From the NCBI GenBank assembly GCA_035259785.1, contig DATFVZ010000095.1, forward strand, positions 2,100-66,099: 64,000 nucleotides of DNA, given 5' to 3'. The position numbers and the translations under genes were made by a program. Below, in pieces: positions 63,655-64,000 of this stretch. This DNA is from Gemmatimonadales bacterium. GTDB lineage: Bacteria > Gemmatimonadota > Gemmatimonadetes > Gemmatimonadales > GWC2-71-9. How positions within the stretch are numbered: the stretch's first letter is position 1; each line of letters opens with the position of its first letter. A model generated the notes under the pieces. That model had not been told where the DNA came from. It saw only the letters and a list, made by a program, of their open reading frames with translations, and did no database searches.

Positions 63655-64000
63655 AGAACCTTCGCTTCCTCGCGCAGCAATCGGACCAGCTCGCCGACAG
63701 CGCCCACGCCTTCGCCCACGATCTTCCCTTCCTTCCGGTCCGGGGGCGGTGTGAGCGCAGCGACGTCGATGCCACCCGGTCCGGGTTGTACCGGCTTCAC
63801 TGCGAGAGGCTTTTTTTTGGCGGCCATGATGCCCTTGAGGGCGGGATAGCGCGGCTCGTTCAGGCCCTTGTCGATGGTGAGGACGGCGGGGAGGGGGAAC
63901 TCGACGACCTCGATGCCGCCCTCGATCTCGCGCTCCGCCACTCCCTTTGCGCCTTCGAGATCGAGATGGGATATCGCCGTCACGCACGGGAGACCGAGCA
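63651..64000 (-). CDS. etfB: Electron transfer flavoprotein subunit beta; 3' part only, gene continues beyond the right edge
   Basis: Typical EtfB C-terminal region: ...PLPAVLTIDKGLNEPRYPALKGIMAAKKKPL... Confidence 0.88.
   Translation of the reverse strand, partial: LGLPCVTAISHLDLEGAKGVAEREIEGGIEVVEFPLPAVLTIDKGLNEPRYPALKGIMAAKKKPLAVKPVQPGPGGIDVAALTPPPDRKEGKIVGEGVGAVGELVRLLREEAKVL

Noticed and set aside
1-64000. A scan for CRISPR arrays, rRNA/tRNA genes, transposases, integrases, phage genes and toxin-antitoxin or known defence modules.
   Set aside because: No regularly spaced direct repeats, no tRNA-like cloverleaf candidates in the intergenic gaps, and no recombinase, transposase or defence-type motifs were seen. 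The window looks like core chromosome rather than a mobile island.

Overview
This is a visibly GC-rich (not computed), densely coded bacterial chromosomal segment with about 65 CDS. Many sit in long minus-strand chains with 4-nt stop/start overlaps. The cell type looks diderm (Omp85-like barrel, lipobox, Sec and Tat signals). A Gemmatimonadota-like or Acidobacteria-like lineage is only a guess from protein flavour.

Most genes are housekeeping:
- trpE, maf, dtd, glmS plus a mutase, purD, mutM, guaB, gpmI, mrp, nrnA, and etfB-etfA with ETF-QO.
- A prenylquinone set (ubiX; ubiE-ubiD-amidase-ubiA).
- Molybdenum cofactor maturation genes (fdhD, mobA, mobB, moeA) next to a TOBE-type ABC importer.

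I saw no rRNA, tRNA, CRISPR array, transposase or integrase. Many long ORFs in the track are antisense shadow ORFs typical of high-GC DNA, and several real genes start well inside the listed ORF.

The window is rich in signalling genes: an REC-HD-GYP protein, two GGDEF cyclases, an FHA-GAF-nucleotidyl cyclase, an ECF sigma with a ZAS anti-sigma, and an orphan LuxR-type response regulator.

The most interesting observations are:
1. A tightly packed minus-strand operon (40883 to 35062) encodes MASE1-GGDEF, RsbR-, RsbS-, RsbT- and RsbX-like proteins, a MATE pump and a SAM hydrolase. It is a stressosome-like module with no sigma-B partner-switching genes.
2. Two tandem MEDS-domain paralogues (59477-61028) share an invariant 18-residue C-terminal block despite many synonymous differences.
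3. An orphan PilB/GspE-family ATPase carries a C-terminal receiver domain.
4. A DUF1854 gene is translationally coupled to an ABC exporter, downstream of a 434-bp non-coding gap holding a structured element.
5. A real-looking secreted-protein gene has no stop codon until it has read about 890 nt antisense through the LuxR regulator gene.

All family calls come from motif recognition by eye and need HMM or BLAST confirmation.
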